From contig CAWFFN010000009.1 of the NCBI GenBank assembly GCA_963815115.1, positions 704,001 to 768,000 on the forward strand: a stretch of 64,000 nt of DNA, written 5' to 3'. The stretch's first letter is position 1; each line of letters starts with the position of its first letter. Of this stretch, positions 60,331-64,000 are shown in pieces. The notes beneath the pieces were generated by a model. That model saw nothing but the letters and a program-made list of their open reading frames with translations, ran no database searches and was not told where the DNA came from. This stretch comes from an uncultured delta proteobacterium (GTDB lineage Bacteria; Desulfobacterota; Binatia; DP-6). Position numbers and translations under genes: made by a program.

Positions 60331-61161
60331 TCAAACCTTGGAGCGCGGTGGTCCGAGCACCCATCCCCCGCCGCCGGGGTCGCGGTACCAGCCGCCCGCG
60401 GCGTGGGTTCCCCCGTCGACCGGCAGCGTCACGCCGGTCACGTAGCGGGAGAGGTCGGAGGCCAGGAACACGGCGGCGCCGGCGACGTCGGCGGGCTCGC
60501 CCGGCCGGCCCAGTGGAACGATGTCCGCCCAGCGCGTGCGCTCGGCCGGCGGCACCATGGCGGCGAGCCCTTCGGTCAGGCAGATGTCGGGCGCGATCGC
60601 GTTCACGCGGATGCCGTGCGGCGCCAGCTCGAGAGCGAGCGTGCGCGTGAGGCTCACCACGCCCGCCTTGGCGGCGGCGTAGGCGGCGTAGAGCGGGGCG
60701 GCGCGTCCCGCTTCGATGGAGACCACGTTCACGATGCTGCCGCCCCGGCCGGCCGCGATCATGCGGCGCGCGACGAGCTGCGTGCAGTGCATCACCGACT
60801 TGGCGTTCGCGCGCCAGAGCGCATCCCAGCCCTTCTCCTGGCTGTCGATGAACGCGGCCGCGAAGGTGCCGCCCGCGTTGTTCACCAGGACGTCGACGAC
60901 ACCGCCGAACCGGGCGCAGGCGGTCTCGAGCGCCTGACCCACCGCCTCCGGATCGCGGGCATCCGCCGCCAGCGTGAGCGCCGCGCCGCCGCCCGCGGCG
61001 ATCTCCGCCGCGGTTTGCTCGGCGGTCTCCGGGTTCAGGTCGAGCACCGCGACCCGGGCGCCGAACGCGGCCAGCCCCAGCGCGATGCCCTTCCCGATGC
61101 CCGCGCCGGCGCCGGTGACCAGCGCCGCGCGGCCGGCGAGCGATGCGCTGTCCGGCCCCAT
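60331..61161 (-). CDS. Classical SDR family oxidoreductase
   Basis: TGAGAGIG, NNAG, YAAAK, IRVNAIAP and VDGG. Confidence 0.93.
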   Translation of the reverse strand: MGPDSASLAGRAALVTGAGAGIGKGIALGLAAFGARVAVLDLNPETAEQTAAEIAAGGGAALTLAADARDPEAVGQALETACARFGGVVDVLVNNAGGTFAAAFIDSQEKGWDALWRANAKSVMHCTQLVARRMIAAGRGGSIVNVVSIEAGRAAPLYAAYAAAKAGVVSLTRTLALELAPHGIRVNAIAPDICLTEGLAAMVPPAERTRWADIVPLGRPGEPADVAGAAVFLASDLSRYVTGVTLPVDGGTHAAGGWYRDPGGGGWVLGPPRSKV

Positions 61162-61171
61162 CGGACCGCGC

Positions 61172-61615
61172 TCAGCGCGGTGTGTACGCGACGAGCACGC
61201 GCTCGCCGGTGCGGAAGCCGTCGCGGAAGCTGTCGGCGTGGCTCGCCCAGCCCTCGGGATACTTCTTGGCGTAGGCCTCCATCAGGCGCTCTTCGAGCTT
61301 GGCATCCTTCACCAGCGCGCCGGTGGCCTCGAAGCTCGGTCCCTCCCGCGCGCCCACGGCGATGCGCGCCCGGGTGCGTCCCGCCTTGATGCGCCGGACG
61401 CGCCAGGACGACGGTCGCGTGCCGACGTAGACCTTGCCGCCGTCGGAGAAGAACCAGATCTCGGACGCGGACCCGAGCTGCCCGCCCTTGCGCTCCGACT
61501 GGATGTAGACGTAGTGCGCCTCGCCCAGGGCCTGCTCGACCTCCGGGGTCAAGCCGGCCCACGCGGTGCAGAGCGCCAGGAGGACGGCACAGCAGGCCAC
61601 GGCGGGTCGGCGCAC
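61172..61615 (-). CDS. Split beta-barrel flavin/F420-binding protein (DUF2255/PNPOx-like) with signal peptide
   Basis: SEIWF..DGGKVYV, SWRVRRI and YAKKYP. Confidence 0.65.
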   Translation of the reverse strand: MRRPAVACCAVLLALCTAWAGLTPEVEQALGEAHYVYIQSERKGGQLGSASEIWFFSDGGKVYVGTRPSSWRVRRIKAGRTRARIAVGAREGPSFEATGALVKDAKLEERLMEAYAKKYPEGWASHADSFRDGFRTGERVLVAYTPR

Positions 61616-61725
61616 GCTTGGAACCTAGCGACCGAGGCCCCTGGGTTCAAGGCCATCCTGCTTGACCGCCGGGGCAAACGCGTGCAGCCTTGGCGGCTCT
61701 CACAAGCCAAGGGGGTACTCATCCG

Positions 61726-62571
61726 ATGCGCACGCGATTCGCGGTCGTCACCGTCGTGCTCGGGGTCCTGGCCAGCTACGCGCTGGCGCAGACGCCCGAC
61801 AACGACAAGCTCATCAAGTACTATCGCAAGAAGAACAACGTCCCACCCGCCCAGGCCGTGGCCGTCACCGACCTGAAGGACTCGCCGATCAAGGGCGCCA
61901 AGCAGGGCGTGCTCCAGGTCGGGACCGCGCCGCAGGTGCGCTCGGTGCCGTTCACCATGTCACCCGACGGGCGCTACGTGATCTTCGCCGCCGCCGACGA
62001 CATCACCGTCGATCCGTCGAAGGCCGTGATGGGCAAGATCAACATCAAGGACGAGCCCTTCCGCGGCAACAAGGACGCGAAGGTGACCATCGTCGAGTAC
62101 TCCGACTTCCAGTGCCCGTTCTGCGCCAAGGGCTACACCACCTTCGAGCAGCAGGTGATGAAGGACTACGGGGACAAGGTGAAATTCGTATTCAAGGACT
62201 ACCCGCTGCCGTTCCACCCCTGGGCGGAGCCCGCCGCGATCGCCTCCGAGTGCGCCAAGCAGCAGAAGGTCGACGCCTTCTGGAAGATGTACCACGGCTT
62301 CTTCGACAACCAGAAGGACGTGAACCCCACCAACGTGAAGGACAAGGCGTGGGAGTTCGTTGCGGATCAGGGCCTGGACAAGGCGAAGTTCGACGACTGC
62401 TTCGACAACAAGAAGACGCAGGCGGCGGTGAAGGCCGACGTCGCCGAGGGGCAGTCGGTCGGCGTGACGGGGACGCCCTCGTTCGTGATCAATGGCCGGC
62501 TGCTCGTGGGCGCCCAGCCCTACGAGCAGTTCAAGGCCGTGATCGACGACGAGCTGGCCGCGGCCAAGTGA
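61726..62571 (+). CDS. DsbA/thioredoxin-fold disulfide oxidoreductase
   Basis: Signal peptide, EYSDFQCPFC, PLPFHPWA and GVTGTPSFVING. Confidence 0.92.
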   Translation: MRTRFAVVTVVLGVLASYALAQTPDNDKLIKYYRKKNNVPPAQAVAVTDLKDSPIKGAKQGVLQVGTAPQVRSVPFTMSPDGRYVIFAAADDITVDPSKAVMGKINIKDEPFRGNKDAKVTIVEYSDFQCPFCAKGYTTFEQQVMKDYGDKVKFVFKDYPLPFHPWAEPAAIASECAKQQKVDAFWKMYHGFFDNQKDVNPTNVKDKAWEFVADQGLDKAKFDDCFDNKKTQAAVKADVAEGQSVGVTGTPSFVINGRLLVGAQPYEQFKAVIDDELAAAK

Positions 62572-62708
62572 TCTCGAGCTAGCCGAGCGCGCATCCGGGT
62601 GCGGGAGCCGGTCGCGAGACGACGGCCGGCTCCCCGACCCTTCCGCACCGCCGGGTCGCCGGATGCCTTTTCGGAGAGCGCGGCGGTGTGATACGCGCGC
62701 GAGCCGCG

Positions 62709-64000
62709 ATGGCTCGCATTCCCGGCTTCGACCACCAGACGGGCGCATATGTCGACTGCCGGGTGGCCCGCGGCTTTCCGCTCGGCGGTATCGGCGCGGG
62801 CGGTCTGACCCTCCAGACCGACGGCGGGTTCGGGGAGCTGCGCGCCAACAACAACTGGATGTGCCCGGTGCGCGGGCTGCGGGGGGCGTTCCATGCGCTC
62901 CACGTACGCGCCGGCGAGCGCACCGACACGGTCGTCCTGCGACGGACGTGCGACGGCGGCGACGAGTACGCCGGCGCCAGACCGGTGCGTGGCACGACCT
63001 TCGTCGGGACGCTGCCCTCGTGCACGCTCCGCTTCGACGACGAGCTGCCGGTCCGCGTGAGCCTGCACGCCTTCACGCCGCACCTGCCACACGACGTCCG
63101 CGAATCGACCCTGCCCGCCGCCGTCTTCCGCTTCGCGCTCGAGAACCCCGGCCCGGTGGCGGTCGAGGCTTCGATCCTGTTCTCCTTCGAGAACGTGCTC
63201 GGTCGCGGCGGGACGGGTCATCTCGGCGTCGACCTGGGACCCGGCAACGAGCTACGGGGCGTTCACCAGCGCGTCGTCTACGACAGCGTCGCGGGCAACT
63301 GGCAGGAGCCGGTGACGATCGACGGCCGTCCCGGCGTGCGCTTCCTGACCGACCAGCGCTTCGACGCGCGCTCGCACCGCGCCGGCGTGACCGGCGAGTA
63401 CCTGCTGCTCGCCGACCCGCTGCCTGGGGTCGAGGTGACCGTGTGCGACGGCTGGGATGCGGGCGCGCGTGCGGCGAGCGTCCTCGAGGAGTTCGCGCGC
63501 GACGGGCGCGTGTCCTCGCATGCGCCGGGCCGGCGTGGCGAGGACGGCGGCTGGCGCCCCGCCGCCGCCGTGGCGGCGACAACGACGCTCGCGCCGGGAA
63601 GCGACGCGGAGCTGGTCTTCGTCCTCGCGTGGTGGCTGCCGGCCCACGTGACCGAGCCCTCGCTCTGGGGTCACCGCGGCGCGGGCCCGCACGACGGCAC
63701 CCGCGTCGGGCACGTCTACGAGCGCCACTTCCCCTCGATCGACGCGGTCGCGACGCACGCCGTCGCAGAACGCGAGCGCCTCGAAGCGGCCTCCGCGGAG
63801 GTGGGCACGCTGCTCGCCCGGTCCACGCTGCCCGGCTGGCTGGTGCGGGCGATCCGCAACTCCATCGACTCGACGTTGTGCAACAGCGTGGTCCCGGCGA
63901 GCGGCGCGCTCTACACGCTCGAGGGCGTCGACTGGCACTGGCCCATGGGCGGCCTCACCGGCACCAGCGACCAGCGCCTGTCGGCGCATCCCTACACCCA
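62709..64000 (+). CDS. GH116 (non-lysosomal glucosylceramidase-like) glycoside hydrolase; 3' end beyond the window
   Basis: My translation from ATG 62709 gives MARIPGFDHQTGAYVDCRVARGFPLGGIGAGGLTLQTDGGFGE..., AFTPHLPHD..ESTLP.AVF.F.LEN. The PLGGIGAG motif marks the GH116 N-terminal domain. It is absent from the ORF track because it has no stop in the window. Confidence 0.82.
   Translation, partial: MARIPGFDHQTGAYVDCRVARGFPLGGIGAGGLTLQTDGGFGELRANNNWMCPVRGLRGAFHALHVRAGERTDTVVLRRTCDGGDEYAGARPVRGTTFVGTLPSCTLRFDDELPVRVSLHAFTPHLPHDVRESTLPAAVFRFALENPGPVAVEASILFSFENVLGRGGTGHLGVDLGPGNELRGVHQRVVYDSVAGNWQEPVTIDGRPGVRFLTDQRFDARSHRAGVTGEYLLLADPLPGVEVTVCDGWDAGARAASVLEEFARDGRVSSHAPGRRGEDGGWRPAAAVAATTTLAPGSDAELVFVLAWWLPAHVTEPSLWGHRGAGPHDGTRVGHVYERHFPSIDAVATHAVAERERLEAASAEVGTLLARSTLPGWLVRAIRNSIDSTLCNSVVPASGALYTLEGVDWHWPMGGLTGTSDQRLSAHPYT

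Overview
This is a GC-rich bacterial chromosomal segment of about 60 genes. I found no rRNA, tRNA, CRISPR array, transposase or integrase. The gene content suggests a Binatia/'Deltaproteobacteria'-like soil bacterium, which is an inference from the DUF1329, LLM/F420-type and amidohydrolase genes, the AAA-TPR regulators and the many Cys-rich secreted proteins. Housekeeping genes are aceB, a sirtuin, alaS-phoH-ybeY-lnt, prfB (with its programmed +1 frameshift) and pyrE. Accessory regions hold AAA/TPR regulators followed by secreted proteins, a PI-PLC-like enzyme, an ECF sigma/anti-sigma pair and many redox or lipid enzymes. Main observations: (1) a translationally coupled luxE-like / luxC-like / class-III aminotransferase operon without luciferase, followed by an O-methyltransferase, possibly an acid-to-aldehyde-to-amine pathway; (2) a run of very Cys-rich secreted proteins followed by a small WP..MFS protein and an HTTM-DCC1(CxxC) protein, a possible SdpAB-like maturation system; (3) at least eight genes whose -35/-10 promoter sits 5-8 nt from the start codon, implying leaderless mRNAs; (4) three disrupted genes: a fadL/hydrolase junction, the O-methyltransferase and luxE; (5) a GH116 gene at the right edge that the ORF track missed.
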